A stretch of DNA of 64,000 nucleotides from Opitutia bacterium (GCA_947478395.1 CANJVR010000001.1:32001-96000), one strand, 5' to 3'. Shown: positions 49,054 to 62,133, numbered from the stretch's first letter. Numbers and translations are program-made. Notes: generated by a model from the letters alone, not told the origin.

Positions 49054-49416
49054 GGGTTAGCACCCGGATCAGGAAAATCCGCCGGTGCTCAAATCCCGCG
49101 GGCGGCTGAGAAAGAAAAGTCCGTCCGAAGATCGCCCGCTCGCCGACACTGCGGAGCGCGCGCGAACTCACGAACAACCGGGCGCGGCTCGTTCGGCCGT
49201 TGGCGGGTAAAACCCAGTAAACGCGGCACGATTTGCGGCCGCCGACAAGTCTCGTCGCGACCTGTCCGAGATGAGGCTTCATTGCTTTGTCCGTGACCCT
49301 CGTCCCCAGCAGGTCGGAAAAACTGAGCACCGCCGGCAGCGAATGATCGACCATGTTGCGCCGCTGGCGTTCCGGCCTCGCGTCAAGTCCGGTGGGGTTG
49401 CCACCGAACGGATGAA

Positions 49417-52052
<2,636 letters not shown>

Positions 52053-52162
52053 AGCCTTTTGTAAACACAGGGACGAACTCGGTTCCGCAACCAGAAAGCT
52101 CGCCTCATCGACTGCATTTCCCGTCCAGAATTTTTTGCCCCAGCGCGGACCGAAGCCGGACC

Positions 52163-52195
52163 CGCTGAATGTCACTTAATAAGTGACATTCAGCG
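52163..52195. repeat. Perfect palindrome CGCTGAATGTCACTTA-A-TAAGTGACATTCAGCG
   Basis: 16-bp arms, 1-nt centre; core shared with 22595-22619. Confidence 0.85.
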
Positions 52196-52371
52196 TGGGC
52201 CTTCGCGTGGCTCCGGGCGCGACTGGTTCGCGGTCCGGTGGATGAAAATCGATCGGATGCAGAAGGCCGGCCCTACCTTATTTACGCGCTCCCGCCGCTA
52301 TTTTATCCGCCCGGGTTTTCTGCTTGCGGATCGAACGGTCCCCGCGCTTCCTGCCCCTTTCTGCTTTTTGT

Positions 52372-52448
<77 letters not shown>

Positions 52449-52780
52449 TTTTCCGAGCGGGTTTTTAAAGCCCTCGCAGAGAGCCACGGTGCTCGCACCG
52501 ATCACCGGTCGAGTCTTCGAAATTAAATCAAGAACCGAGCAAGAAACGCTGATGGGATTTTCCCCATGGGGAAATCGTCGATCGGTGGCGTGGGCTGGGA
52601 GCACGGGGCCCAGTCCTAGAACGCGAAGACGATTAGCCGTCAGCAGGTGAGGAGATCCGCCCTCTGGCGGATCCCATCAGCGGTTCACTGGCTGTCGGCC
52701 ATTTCAGGAGCGCACCTTGCCTGGAAAACTTGCGGCGATTTTTTTTGTTTTTTGGGCCGCGACACCCAGCGTCGTAGACC

Positions 52781-53356
52781 ATGGCTACCGAACAAAAAGA
52801 GGTTCTCGATATTTTCGTTCGCACTCGCGCGCTGCTCGAGGGGCACTTTGTCCTACGGTCAGGCTTGCACAGCGGACACTATTTTCAATGCGCCCAGGTG
52901 TGTCAGCGCATGGATGCGGTCGAGCGCCTCGCCGAACTGCTCCTGGCGAAAATCCGCGCGCAGGGCATCGCGTTCGACACCGTGCTGGCTCCGGCCATGG
53001 GCGGACTGGTGATCGGGCAGGAAGTCGCCCGACAGGCAAAGGCCCGCTACATCTTCGTTGAAAAGGAAAACAACGTCCTCGTCCTGCGCCGCGGCTTCAC
53101 TCTGGCCCCGGGTGAGCGCGTGCTGGTGGTCGAAGACGTGGTCACGCGCGGTGGCCGGGTCGTCGAGTGCCTTGATATCATCCAGCCTACGCGCGCGATC
53201 GTGGCCGGCATCGGCATGCTCGTGGACCGCAGTGCGGGCACGACCAAATTTTCGGTGCCGACGGTGTCGTTGTTGGAACTGAGTTTCCCGACTTATCCCG
53301 CCGATGCCGTGCCAGAATCGCTCGCAAAAATTCCGGTGCAAAAGCCGGGGAGCTGA
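52781..53356 (+). CDS. pyrE: Orotate phosphoribosyltransferase
   Basis: GHFVLRSGLHS, APAMGG, VLVVEDVVTRGG. Confidence 0.95.
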   Translation: MATEQKEVLDIFVRTRALLEGHFVLRSGLHSGHYFQCAQVCQRMDAVERLAELLLAKIRAQGIAFDTVLAPAMGGLVIGQEVARQAKARYIFVEKENNVLVLRRGFTLAPGERVLVVEDVVTRGGRVVECLDIIQPTRAIVAGIGMLVDRSAGTTKFSVPTVSLLELSFPTYPADAVPESLAKIPVQKPGS

Positions 53357-53372
53357 AGTTTTCGAACAAATT

Positions 53373-53495
53373 CTAGAGTGGGTTCACCAAAAGCGGAGCC
53401 GCGAACAATGGAGCGGCAGGCTTCCCTGCCGGCTGAAACAACGACGCCGAACCCGGCAGGCAGGGACGCCTGCCGCTACCCAAAACGGCCGAAAG
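53373..53495 (-). mobile_element. MITE-like REP-carrying element (copy F, reverse orientation)
   Basis: CTAGAGTGGGTTCACCAAAAGCGGAGCCGCG…GGCAGGCAGGGACGCCTGCCGCTAC. Confidence 0.7.
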
Positions 53496-53509
53496 GCGAC
53501 GCGGTGCGT

Positions 53510-53935
53510 TGGCTACCCACTTCACCGGCACGACAATCCGTCCGCAGGCGCCGCGATAATATACTCGCAGCAAATCACCCTCTTCCGGATTCGAAATCAG
53601 GGCACGCTTGGCTAAGGCGATTTCCGCAACCGGGGCGTTGTTAATCGAAAGCATCCCCATGCCCTCGCGCAGGGTTTCGGCGCAGGGCGATTTCGCGTCG
53701 ATGTCGGTAATGACCAGACCAGCGGGCAGCCTCGGATCCAAGCGGGCACGACGGCGAATTTCTTCCGTCAGTTTGCTCACGTTCACCCCCGCAAAATTTC
53801 ATTCGGCTTCCCCCCGACGACGCCAACACCGCCGAAATCGTGCGTTCCCCGCCGTCCCGCATGACCAGGCGGAATCGGGTGGCATATGCGAAATCGCCAG
53901 GTGGAACGATTCGACTGATGTCACCACCCGCGAGC
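53510..53935 (-). pseudogene. Frameshifted remnant of tandem PDZ domains (DegP/HtrA-like C-terminus)
   Basis: Pieces in different frames: RVVTSVESFHLAISHMPP / MRDGGERTISAVL / GLVITDIDAKSP…LREGM…INNAPV…LLRVYYRG. Confidence 0.65.
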
Positions 53936-53956
53936 CTCGTCCAAACTCAAACGCGA

Positions 53957-54907
53957 TCAAAAGCCCTTGATCCGGAAAAGGCCCGTGACGCTTGCGTTGC
54001 TGTTAATGCGCTGGATCGCTTGGGCGAGCAGCGGGGCGATGCTCAGTACGGTGATCGGCAGACCGGGTCGCACACTGACCGGCGTAGAATTGGTCGTGAT
54101 GAGTTCATCGATCAGACCCGTGCTGAGTCGATCCAACGCTCCCTCGCTCAGGACGCAGTGACTGACCGCGGCTCGCACGCTGCGCGCCCCGTGATCACGC
54201 AACATTTTCGCTGCAGCCGTGAGCGTGCCGGCAGTTTCGGTGATGTCATCGACCAGCAACACGTCGCAGCCCTCGACTTCACCCACCACGAACATGGCCT
54301 CGACCGTCGTAGCGTTCTTCCGCTTCTTAGCCACCATGCCGAGGCCCGCGCCCAGCACATCGGCGTAGGCCGCGGCCATCTTCATCCCACCGACATCCGG
54401 CGAACAGACGACCAGCTTGTCGCTGCGAGATTTGGCCAGGTGCTCAAAAAATACGGGCGACGCGTAGAGATGATCGACCGGAATATCGAAGAACCCCTGG
54501 ATTTGCTGGCTATGCAAATCCATCGTGAGCACGCGATTCGCGCCTGCAGAAACGAGCAAATTAGCCACGAGCTTGGCCGTGATGGGCACCCGGGGCTGGT
54601 CCTTACGATCCTGCCGCGCATAGCCGTAAAACGGCAGCACCGCCGTGATGCGCTGCGCTGAGGCCCGCCGCGCGGCATCGATCATGATGAGCAACTCCAT
54701 CATGTGATGATTGGTCGGCGGACACGTGGACTGAATGATGTACACGTCGTGACCGCGGACATTCTCGTTGATCTTCACGAATGATTCCCCGTCGGGGAAA
54801 CTCGTGACGGTGGCCTCGCCGAGAGGCATCCCGATAAATTTGCAAATCTCTTCCGCCAGAGGACGGTTGGAGTTGCCTGTGAAGATTTTTAGCCGCGACT
54901 CACTCAT
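53957..54907 (-). CDS. prs: Ribose-phosphate pyrophosphokinase
   Basis: FPDGE, YGYARQDRK, DLHSQQIQGFF, VDDITETAGT. Confidence 0.97.
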   Translation of the reverse strand: MSESRLKIFTGNSNRPLAEEICKFIGMPLGEATVTSFPDGESFVKINENVRGHDVYIIQSTCPPTNHHMMELLIMIDAARRASAQRITAVLPFYGYARQDRKDQPRVPITAKLVANLLVSAGANRVLTMDLHSQQIQGFFDIPVDHLYASPVFFEHLAKSRSDKLVVCSPDVGGMKMAAAYADVLGAGLGMVAKKRKNATTVEAMFVVGEVEGCDVLLVDDITETAGTLTAAAKMLRDHGARSVRAAVSHCVLSEGALDRLSTGLIDELITTNSTPVSVRPGLPITVLSIAPLLAQAIQRINSNASVTGLFRIKGF

Positions 54908-54946
54908 GAGTCCCGCATCTTGCGGAGGCTCCGGCCGGGCGGAAGA

Positions 54947-55990
54947 CTAATTTGCATTGGCCGCAATTTGCTCCTCGATGGCGCCGACGCGCTTGAAAAG
55001 ATCCGGCAATTTTCGCCGCAGCACATTGACTCGCTGCTCGAGCTGATACGGCAGACACGGCGAACCTTTCACGAAACTGCCCGGTTCCAAGTCGGCGATC
55101 ACGGCGGACTGACCGGCGATCTTCGACCCGCGGCCCACCGTGATGTGGCCCGCCAACCCGGCCTGTCCGCCGATGACCACGTAATCCTCAAGCGTGGTGC
55201 TGCCGGAGATGCCAACCTGCGCGCAAATCATGCAGTGCCGACCGATGACGACGTTGTGCGCGATCTGCACGAGGTTATCGATTTTCGTCCCCTCGCCCAC
55301 CGACGTGCGGCTGAACCGCGCGCGATCCAGGGTGCTGTTGGCGCCAATCTCGACATCGTTGTCGATCACAACCTGGCCGACTTGGGGCACCTTCGAGTGA
55401 CGACCGCCGACGAACTCGTAGCCAAATCCATCGGAGCCGATCACGACGCCCGGCTGCAACCTCACGCGATTTTTGAGCACGCACTCGGCGGCCAGAATCA
55501 CCCCCGGCATGAGCCAGCAGTCATCGCCGATTATCGCATCCCGACCGACGAAAGCTTGCGCCTGAAGGTGGGTCCGCTCGCCCACGGTCGCCCCGGCCTC
55601 GATGACGCAAAGCGGGCCGATCGTGGCGGACGGGGCCACTTTTGCACCGGCGGCAACGTGGGCCGTCGCGTGAATGCCAGGCGCGGGTTTGGGCCACAGC
55701 TGTTGCTCGATCCGCGCACAAATACGGGCCAGCGCGACCGAAGGATTTTCCACGAACAGCAACCACTGATTCGCCTGCGGCTCGGCGACGAAGTCCGGCG
55801 GAAGCAAAATGATGGAGGCGCGAGACGTCGCCACTTCCCCTTTGTATTTGGGATTACCCAGAAACGAAAGATCGCCCGGCCCGGCCGCGGTCAGCGAAGC
55901 GATGCCGCGAAACGGCTCCGTCGTGGTCCCGCGCGTACTCCGTGGCTCAACGATCGCGTGGATTTGTTCAAGGGTGAGATCGACCTTCAT
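54947..55990 (-). CDS. lpxD: UDP-3-O-acyl-glucosamine N-acyltransferase
   Basis: LSFLGNPKY, GSDGFGY, KVPQVG, TKIDNLVQIAHN, hexapeptide repeats. Confidence 0.96.
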   Translation of the reverse strand: MKVDLTLEQIHAIVEPRSTRGTTTEPFRGIASLTAAGPGDLSFLGNPKYKGEVATSRASIILLPPDFVAEPQANQWLLFVENPSVALARICARIEQQLWPKPAPGIHATAHVAAGAKVAPSATIGPLCVIEAGATVGERTHLQAQAFVGRDAIIGDDCWLMPGVILAAECVLKNRVRLQPGVVIGSDGFGYEFVGGRHSKVPQVGQVVIDNDVEIGANSTLDRARFSRTSVGEGTKIDNLVQIAHNVVIGRHCMICAQVGISGSTTLEDYVVIGGQAGLAGHITVGRGSKIAGQSAVIADLEPGSFVKGSPCLPYQLEQRVNVLRRKLPDLFKRVGAIEEQIAANAN

Positions 55991-56113
55991 ACCGGAAGGA
56001 GCGTGGGAATTCAGCGCGACGGCGCAACGCTCCACTATCGTATTCTATCGAGCACCACTCAAAACCGAAATGGAGCGGGCTGACCGACCGGAATCCTCAA
56101 TTACTCGCCTGAC

Positions 56114-56593
56114 TTAGAAGGCCGGCTTGAACGTGGTGCTGCTTCCCGCGGCCACCACATAGTCTTTACCGGCGCTCCAACTGAGGTCGTTCACCAGAAA
56201 TTTGAAAATGATCGGGCGCGACGATTCGGCGAGCGTGACGGACCATTCGTCATCGGCGACGCACGCCAGTACCAAACCATGATCCCAGCTCAATCCGGCG
56301 CCTTCGCCCCGGATGTAGAGGGCGTTGCCGAAGCCAATATCGATTTTCGCCGTGATCACCGTGACGACCGGTTTGGGCGCAACGGATTTGACCACCGAAG
56401 GCACCGGAACTTTGGCCGGGGCGAGTTTGGCGGCTTTGGCTCGCGCGACCGGTTTGGCTCGCGCGACCGGCTTAACGGCCGCGGCTGTTTTGCCCGCGGC
56501 GACGGGTTTGGCCGCGGCTTTCGAAGCTGCGGCCCGTGTGACGGACTTCGTCGCTGGGGCGGGCGACTTGGCTGATTTGGTGTTCTTCTTCAT
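56114..56593 (-). CDS. Hypothetical protein: Lys/Ala/Pro-rich N-terminus plus beta-rich C-terminal domain (CBM20-like)
   Basis: AAKPVAAGK/AKPVAR repeats; DIGFGNALYIRG…LSW…W…FKFLVND…W. Confidence 0.7.
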   Translation of the reverse strand: MKKNTKSAKSPAPATKSVTRAAASKAAAKPVAAGKTAAAVKPVARAKPVARAKAAKLAPAKVPVPSVVKSVAPKPVVTVITAKIDIGFGNALYIRGEGAGLSWDHGLVLACVADDEWSVTLAESSRPIIFKFLVNDLSWSAGKDYVVAAGSSTTFKPAF

Positions 56594-56804
56594 GTGATGA
56601 ATGGATGACGGATGAGTTCACTTACCCCTAACTGGGACCGACCATGAGCAAGAGCGGGGCCAACGCGCAAGTTAGCTTTGGTTTCGATTGCGTCACGGCC
56701 CCTGAAAAAAGCCGCAGGCGGAAAATGGCTCGACCGCGTTTTACGCGATCTCGAGGCGCCCGTTGTCCGGCGCCGGGCTTCGAGCCGCAAGACGAACCCG
56801 GAGA

Positions 56805-56880
56805 TGGTGGACCTGATCGGGATCAAACCGACGACCTCTTCGTTGCGAACGAAGCGCTCTATCAACTGAGCTACAGGCCC
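56805..56880 (-). tRNA. tRNA-Ala (CGC)
   Basis: GGGCCTG/CAGGTCC acceptor with G3:U70, CTTCG-TTCGCAA-CGAAG anticodon arm, ACCA end. Confidence 0.93.
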
Positions 56881-56958
56881 CCAAAGAGGGTGTGGTATTG
56901 GAAAAACCCCGCCGGCAAGTAAACACCTATTTTCGCCCGCAGACGGAGCGCTGCGACC

Positions 56959-57245
56959 TCAACTCCTCGAATCGGCTGACGCCGGCAGGCGCCCAAAGTT
57001 CATCTTGCCGCCGGCGGAGGGAATCACGCTCGCGATCTCCACGTTGCCCTTTTGTCCCATTAACAGCCGGCCACTCATGACCGCAACCATCGCGCCCTCC
57101 GGCAAATAACCCACCGCCTCGCCCTCCTCTTTTGCTCGGTTTGAGCAGCTCCCCATCGACGTGTTATCCGAAAACCAACTCCGGCTGCAGGGACTTCGCC
57201 AAAAAGTTCCGGTTTAACCACAGGACGCATTGAACTCGCCGTTGC
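56959..57245 (-). pseudogene. 3' remnant of a PIN/TRAM-domain (YacL-like) gene
   Basis: VLWLNRNFLAKSLQPELVFG*HVDGELLKP, frameshift, EEGEAVGYLPEGAMVAV…VIPSAGGKMNFGRL. Confidence 0.7.
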
Positions 57246-57492
57246 CGCGCCGCGCGATGAGGGTCCCGCCATAAGTGCAGATGAGAGACGCTGCGCGTGG
57301 GCAAAAAGGTTTTAGACGTAACGAGGTGACCGCAACGGCAAGGACCGCCGCGTCACTTTAAAAAATAAGCCACCACCAGCGGCGTAAGGATGAGCCCCGC
57401 CATAATCGCGTAGAGCCAGCGTTGCACCCGGCGGGCTTTGGCCTTTTCAGCGGCATCGGCATCCATTTCAGTGCGCACCCAACCCTCCCACC

Positions 57493-57903
57493 ATGAAAAC
57501 GCAACACTGGCTCGTGAAGTCCGAACCCGAAGCCTACAGCTGGGCCACCTTCCAAAAAGACGGCCGTACCGCTTGGACCGGTGTGCGCAATTATCAGGCT
57601 CGCCTCCACCTCAACGCCATGCGCCCGGGCGATCGGGTCCTGTTCTACGAAAGCGTCGGACCGAAAGCTGTGCTGGGTCTGGCGGAAGTTTCGCGCGCGG
57701 CGTTTCCCGACGAGACGGCCGATGAACCCGGCTGGGTCGCGGTCGAACTCGTCGCCAAAAAACCCCTGCCCGAGCCCGTCACGCTCGCGCAAATCAAAGC
57801 CGAGCCTTCGCTGGCAAAAATCGGCTTGGTCCGCCAAAGCCGACTTTCCGTGGTGCCGCTCACCGCCGCCGAATTTAAAAGTATCGTCGAACTAGGCGGA
57901 TGA
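57493..57903 (+). CDS. EVE domain protein
   Basis: WLVKSEP, WTGVRNYQAR, GDRVLFY, VTLAQIK, RQSRLSVVP. Confidence 0.95.
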   Translation: MKTQHWLVKSEPEAYSWATFQKDGRTAWTGVRNYQARLHLNAMRPGDRVLFYESVGPKAVLGLAEVSRAAFPDETADEPGWVAVELVAKKPLPEPVTLAQIKAEPSLAKIGLVRQSRLSVVPLTAAEFKSIVELGG

Positions 57904-58168
57904 AATTTCCGAATTGGGTCACAACGCACACGGAGCGCGGACCCAAGTTTACCGGGCGAAGAAAGCCACGGCTTGCCCCCCGAGCTCGGTGACTAACCTC
58001 AATGCTTTTCGGCTTAATCCATCCGGACCATTTAGGGCTAAAGCGGATGAGCCAAAAGCGTCGCCGCGACCAAAAACGGTCACGGAAAAACTTTAACCAC
58101 GCTGGCGCGGCGCCGCGCACCGTTCTCCCCGCTCGACACCCCCGCCCTTTCTCTCGTTTGGTTTCCCG

Positions 58169-59023
58169 ATGCTCGCGCAGCTTTCCATTCTCGCCCCCGG
58201 CTTGCTCGGTGCGTCCGTCGCCCGCGCCGCCCGCGCGCGAAACGTCGCGAGTCGGATTGTGATCTGGACTCGCCGGCCCGAGACCCGCGCCGAACTCGCC
58301 GGCCAGCCCTGGTGCGACGAGGCCTCGGACGATCCCGGACGCGCCGTGACCGGGGCCACGCTCGTCGTCATCGCCGCGCCGGTGGACCAAATACCGGCGC
58401 TCACCCGTCAGATCGCTCCATGCCTTCGGTCGGACGCGATCGTCACCGATGTCGGCAGCGTAAAAGGCGAAATCAGCCGGCTTTGCGCTGCCGCCCTCGG
58501 CTCGTCAGCCCATTTCGTCGGCTCTCACCCCATGGCCGGTTCGGAAAAAACCGGCTGGATGCACGGCACGGAAAAACTTTTTGAAGGCCGCACCTGCTTC
58601 GTCACGCCGCTGGCCGCAACGGATGCGCGCGCCACGGAGACCGTTGTGCAATTCTGGCGCGACCTCGGAGGCAAACCCGCGGTCGTCGATCCTGACCGTC
58701 ACGACGAAATCGTCGCTCATATCAGTCACCTGCCCCAAGTCATCGCGTCGACGCTCTGCGCTTTTCTCGCCACGAAGGATGCAACGTGGGGCAGCTATGC
58801 CGGCGGAGGTCTGCGCGACACCACGCGTATCGCCGGCAGCGATCCCGAACTCTGGCGGACGATCCTCGAACAAAACCGCGACGAAATCCTGCGAGCCCTC
58901 GACGAGTACGAGAACACGTTGCACCGTTTTCGCGCTGCGCTGGCCAACAAGGACTACGCCGCGATCACTCACGAAATGAAACGCGCTCAGGATTACCGCC
59001 GGGGACTTCAACCGCCGGCTTGA
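58169..59023 (+). CDS. tyrA: Prephenate/arogenate dehydrogenase
   Basis: PGLLGAS, TDVGSVK, GSHPMAGSEKTG, HDEIVAHISHLP, RDTTRIA. Confidence 0.92.
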   Translation: MLAQLSILAPGLLGASVARAARARNVASRIVIWTRRPETRAELAGQPWCDEASDDPGRAVTGATLVVIAAPVDQIPALTRQIAPCLRSDAIVTDVGSVKGEISRLCAAALGSSAHFVGSHPMAGSEKTGWMHGTEKLFEGRTCFVTPLAATDARATETVVQFWRDLGGKPAVVDPDRHDEIVAHISHLPQVIASTLCAFLATKDATWGSYAGGGLRDTTRIAGSDPELWRTILEQNRDEILRALDEYENTLHRFRAALANKDYAAITHEMKRAQDYRRGLQPPA

Positions 59024-59282
59024 GGGTCGGGGCGGGTTTAACAATCGAGCCTTTGTCCCTCAGGTCCGGAACGATCACACTGCTGCAAAACGTCGTTCAA
59101 CCAGCGACCTCCGAGCGGGATGAGGGCATCCCGCCCCCGACAATCAGCACTTAACCCCGCCCTCACCGTCGGGCGGCGGCCAAGAATCGAGTATTCCCGG
59201 TCCTCAATTAAGCCGCGAGACAGACAGACGGCCGCGAAAAACCCCTTGGCGCGGCGGACGGATTCGCTGACGCTCGCGATTC

Positions 59283-60623
59283 ATGCCGTTGCCCGAGCTG
59301 CTTCCGATTCCACCGTTCACCCACCCGGTCCAGGGTGAAGTCATTGTGCCAGGCTCGAAGAGTCTCACCAATCGCGCCTTGCTGCTAGCCGCGTTGAGCG
59401 ATGCCCCCGTGACGCTCACGGGCGCGCTGTTCAGTGACGACACCCGGTTGATGGCCGATGCGCTGCGCGCTTTGGGGTGCAACGTCATGGCCGACGAAGC
59501 CGGCTTCAGCCTACGCGTGGCCGATCAAGAAAAAGCCTTCAAGGCCAGCGCGCCCGTCGAACTTTTTGTGGGGCTCGCCGGCACCGCCGCCCGTTTTTTA
59601 ACCGCGCTCTGCGCCGCTGCGCCGGGTGGCGTCTACCGGATCGATGGCGTCCCGCAGATGCGAAAACGACCGATGCTGGGGCTGATCTCAACGCTGCGCG
59701 CGCTCGGCGCCGATATTCGCTGCACCGGCGAGGAGGGATTTTTTCCACTCGAAATTCATGCCCGCGGTTTGAATGGCGGGCCCACCAGCATCGACGCCAG
59801 CGAAAGCAGCCAGCTCCTTTCTGCCTTGTTGATGGTCGCCCCGCTGGCGCGCACACCGGTCGAAATCGCGCTCACCACCGAGGTGCGCCGGCCGTTCGTG
59901 GAAATGACCGCTCGGCTCATGACCGCGTTTGGTCTCCCGCTCGGCGAACAAAAATCCGAGGACACGTTTACGGTGCCCACCGGCCGATACCGCTCGCCGG
60001 GCGTTTATGCGATCGAACCCGACGCGACCGCCGCGAGTTACTTTCTTGCGCTGCCCCTGGTCACCGGTGGCGCGCTTCACTTGCCGCATTTGCGTGGGCC
60101 CGGCGTGGGTTTACAGGGTGACACGCGTTTCGCCGAGGTGCTGAGCCGCGTCGGCATGACCGTTCGCACCGGCTCGCGCGGGCTCGACGTGAGCTTCGCG
60201 CAAACGACCATGCAGCGCGGCGTCGACCAGAACTTCAGCGAATTCTCGGACACGTTCCTCACGCTCGCGGCGCTTTCCCCTCTCCTCGCCGGACCCACTC
60301 GCATCACCGGCATCGCGCACACGCGCAAACAGGAAACCGATCGCGTGGCCGGCATGGCGCGCGAATTGAAGAAGCTCGGCCAGCAAGTCACCGAAACGGA
60401 GGACTCGCTCGAAATTCATCCGCGTTTCCTGCGCGGCGGAGAAACCATCGAGACCTATGGCGATCATCGTTTCGCGATGAGCTTTGCCATTCTCGGCTGC
60501 CTGGATTTTCACGGCGACGGCCGCCCGTGGCTCACGATTCGCGATCCGGCGTGCTGCGCTAAAACCTTTCCGCATTTTTTCGAGTTGCTCGAAATTCTCC
60601 GCCAAAAATCGTTGGACCTCTGA
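59283..60623 (+). CDS. aroA: 3-phosphoshikimate 1-carboxyvinyltransferase
   Basis: PGSKSLTNR, AGTAARF, SSQLLSALLM, QETDR, DHRFAMSF, KTFP. Confidence 0.96.
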   Translation: MPLPELLPIPPFTHPVQGEVIVPGSKSLTNRALLLAALSDAPVTLTGALFSDDTRLMADALRALGCNVMADEAGFSLRVADQEKAFKASAPVELFVGLAGTAARFLTALCAAAPGGVYRIDGVPQMRKRPMLGLISTLRALGADIRCTGEEGFFPLEIHARGLNGGPTSIDASESSQLLSALLMVAPLARTPVEIALTTEVRRPFVEMTARLMTAFGLPLGEQKSEDTFTVPTGRYRSPGVYAIEPDATAASYFLALPLVTGGALHLPHLRGPGVGLQGDTRFAEVLSRVGMTVRTGSRGLDVSFAQTTMQRGVDQNFSEFSDTFLTLAALSPLLAGPTRITGIAHTRKQETDRVAGMARELKKLGQQVTETEDSLEIHPRFLRGGETIETYGDHRFAMSFAILGCLDFHGDGRPWLTIRDPACCAKTFPHFFELLEILRQKSLDL

Positions 60624-61288
60624 TGGACCGCCCCCCCTTTCTCATCGTTGCCATCGACGGCGGCGCCGCGTCCGGCAAGTCGTCCTCGTCGCGCACCCTC
60701 AGCGCGCGTTTCAATCTGCTGCACGCCGACACGGGCTCCTACTACCGCGCGCTCACCGCCGAGCTGCTGCGGCGAGCTGTGACGCCGTCCGATCTCACGG
60801 GCGTTAAAGCGGCGCTCGGCGCCGTGACGCTCACCACACGCGTGACCGGTCGCAACGCAGAGATCGAATTGAGCGGGCACACGATCCCGGATGCGGAAAT
60901 TCGCAGCCCGGAAGTCACCGCCAACGTCGCACTTTTCGCCGCGATTCCCGAACTGCGCACCGCGTTGCTCGACTACCAACGCGGTCAGGCCGATACCGCG
61001 CGGCAGCATGGATTTGATGGTCTGGTGATGGAAGGACGCGACATCGGCTCAAAGATTTTCCCCGACGCCGATTTTCGTTTTTTCCTTTTCGCTGATCCAG
61101 TGGAGCGCGCCCGACGCCGCGAACAGCAGGGACTGCAAGATCAGGTGGCGCGGCGTGACACGCTCGACGGCCAGCGCCTGCACGAAAGTTTGCAGGGCGC
61201 AGTGATGATCGACAGCACCCATCTCACCCTGGCGCAGGTGGTCGATCTCCTCGCCGCGCCGATCGTCGCCCGTCTCACCGCCGTATGA
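60623..61288 (+). CDS. cmk: Cytidylate kinase
   Basis: AIDGGAASGKSS, DTGSYYRA, MEGRDIG, IDST. Confidence 0.93.
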   Translation: MDRPPFLIVAIDGGAASGKSSSSRTLSARFNLLHADTGSYYRALTAELLRRAVTPSDLTGVKAALGAVTLTTRVTGRNAEIELSGHTIPDAEIRSPEVTANVALFAAIPELRTALLDYQRGQADTARQHGFDGLVMEGRDIGSKIFPDADFRFFLFADPVERARRREQQGLQDQVARRDTLDGQRLHESLQGAVMIDSTHLTLAQVVDLLAAPIVARLTAV

Positions 61289-61944
61289 GTCACCCCTTTC
61301 CCCAAGTCGAGATGGCGCCGGTCTACGGTTTCTCGCACTACCTTTCCAGTGTCGCGTTTAACCTCAGTTTTCGCGGCGAAGTAACCGGCTTCGAAAACCT
61401 CCCGAAGACCGGTGGCTTCATCGTCGCGGCCAACCACGCGAGCCACCTCGACCCGTTCATCGTAGGGCAGCATTTGCCGCGACAGGTAACATTTTTCGCG
61501 CGCAAAACGCTTTGGACACCCGGCTTCCCCTCGTGGTGGCTGGATGCGGTCGGCGTAATTCCCGTCGATCGCGACGGCGGTTCCGATGTCACCGCGATCA
61601 AACGCGTGCTCGGCGCGCTAAAAGACGAAAAAATTATCATCCTCTTTCCCGAAGGCACGCGTTCACCGGACGGCGAACTGCAAGCGGCCAAGCCGGGGGT
61701 CGGACTTTTTGCGTGTCGCTCCCACGTGCCGGTGGTGCCCGCGCGGGTGTTCGACTCGTTCAAGGCTTTTGGTCGCGGGAGCAAGCCACGCCTCGGCACG
61801 CCGGTGTCAGTGGTTTTTGGCGCGCCCATGGCTCCCGCGGATTACGACGACCCGAGCGATGGCAAAGAACGCTACACGCGCGCCGCCGCCCGCATCATGG
61901 CGCGGATCGCAAAGCTGAAGTTACCTCCGCCAGCGATTGTCTGA
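61285..61944 (+). CDS. plsC: 1-acyl-sn-glycerol-3-phosphate acyltransferase
   Basis: NHASHLD, FPEGTRS, VPVVP. Confidence 0.92.
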   Translation: MSHPFPQVEMAPVYGFSHYLSSVAFNLSFRGEVTGFENLPKTGGFIVAANHASHLDPFIVGQHLPRQVTFFARKTLWTPGFPSWWLDAVGVIPVDRDGGSDVTAIKRVLGALKDEKIIILFPEGTRSPDGELQAAKPGVGLFACRSHVPVVPARVFDSFKAFGRGSKPRLGTPVSVVFGAPMAPADYDDPSDGKERYTRAAARIMARIAKLKLPPPAIV

Positions 61945-62133
61945 AAAAAATGGGGGCGGGGTGCCCCGCTGGCCGTGGCCAAACCCGATTAGGGCGGTGC
62001 TTCAGCCCGCGTCGTGCATCCCGGAACGCGGCCTGAAGCGTCGCGCTACTTCGGACATCGCCGCTCGGTCAAAAGAAAGCGGAGTGAGGGCAACCCGCCC
62101 ACACCCAGACCAAAATTTCTCGGCCACCCGATC

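Noticed and set aside
49054..49416. 114-aa minus-strand ORF downstream of ligA
   Set aside because: No motif, overlaps the convergent gene end, likely spurious
52600..52760. Structured RNA or attenuator upstream of pyrE (hairpin GATCCGCC-CTCT-GGCGGATC)
   Set aside because: Single hairpin without adjacent U-tract; no recognisable PyrR, riboswitch or SRP consensus
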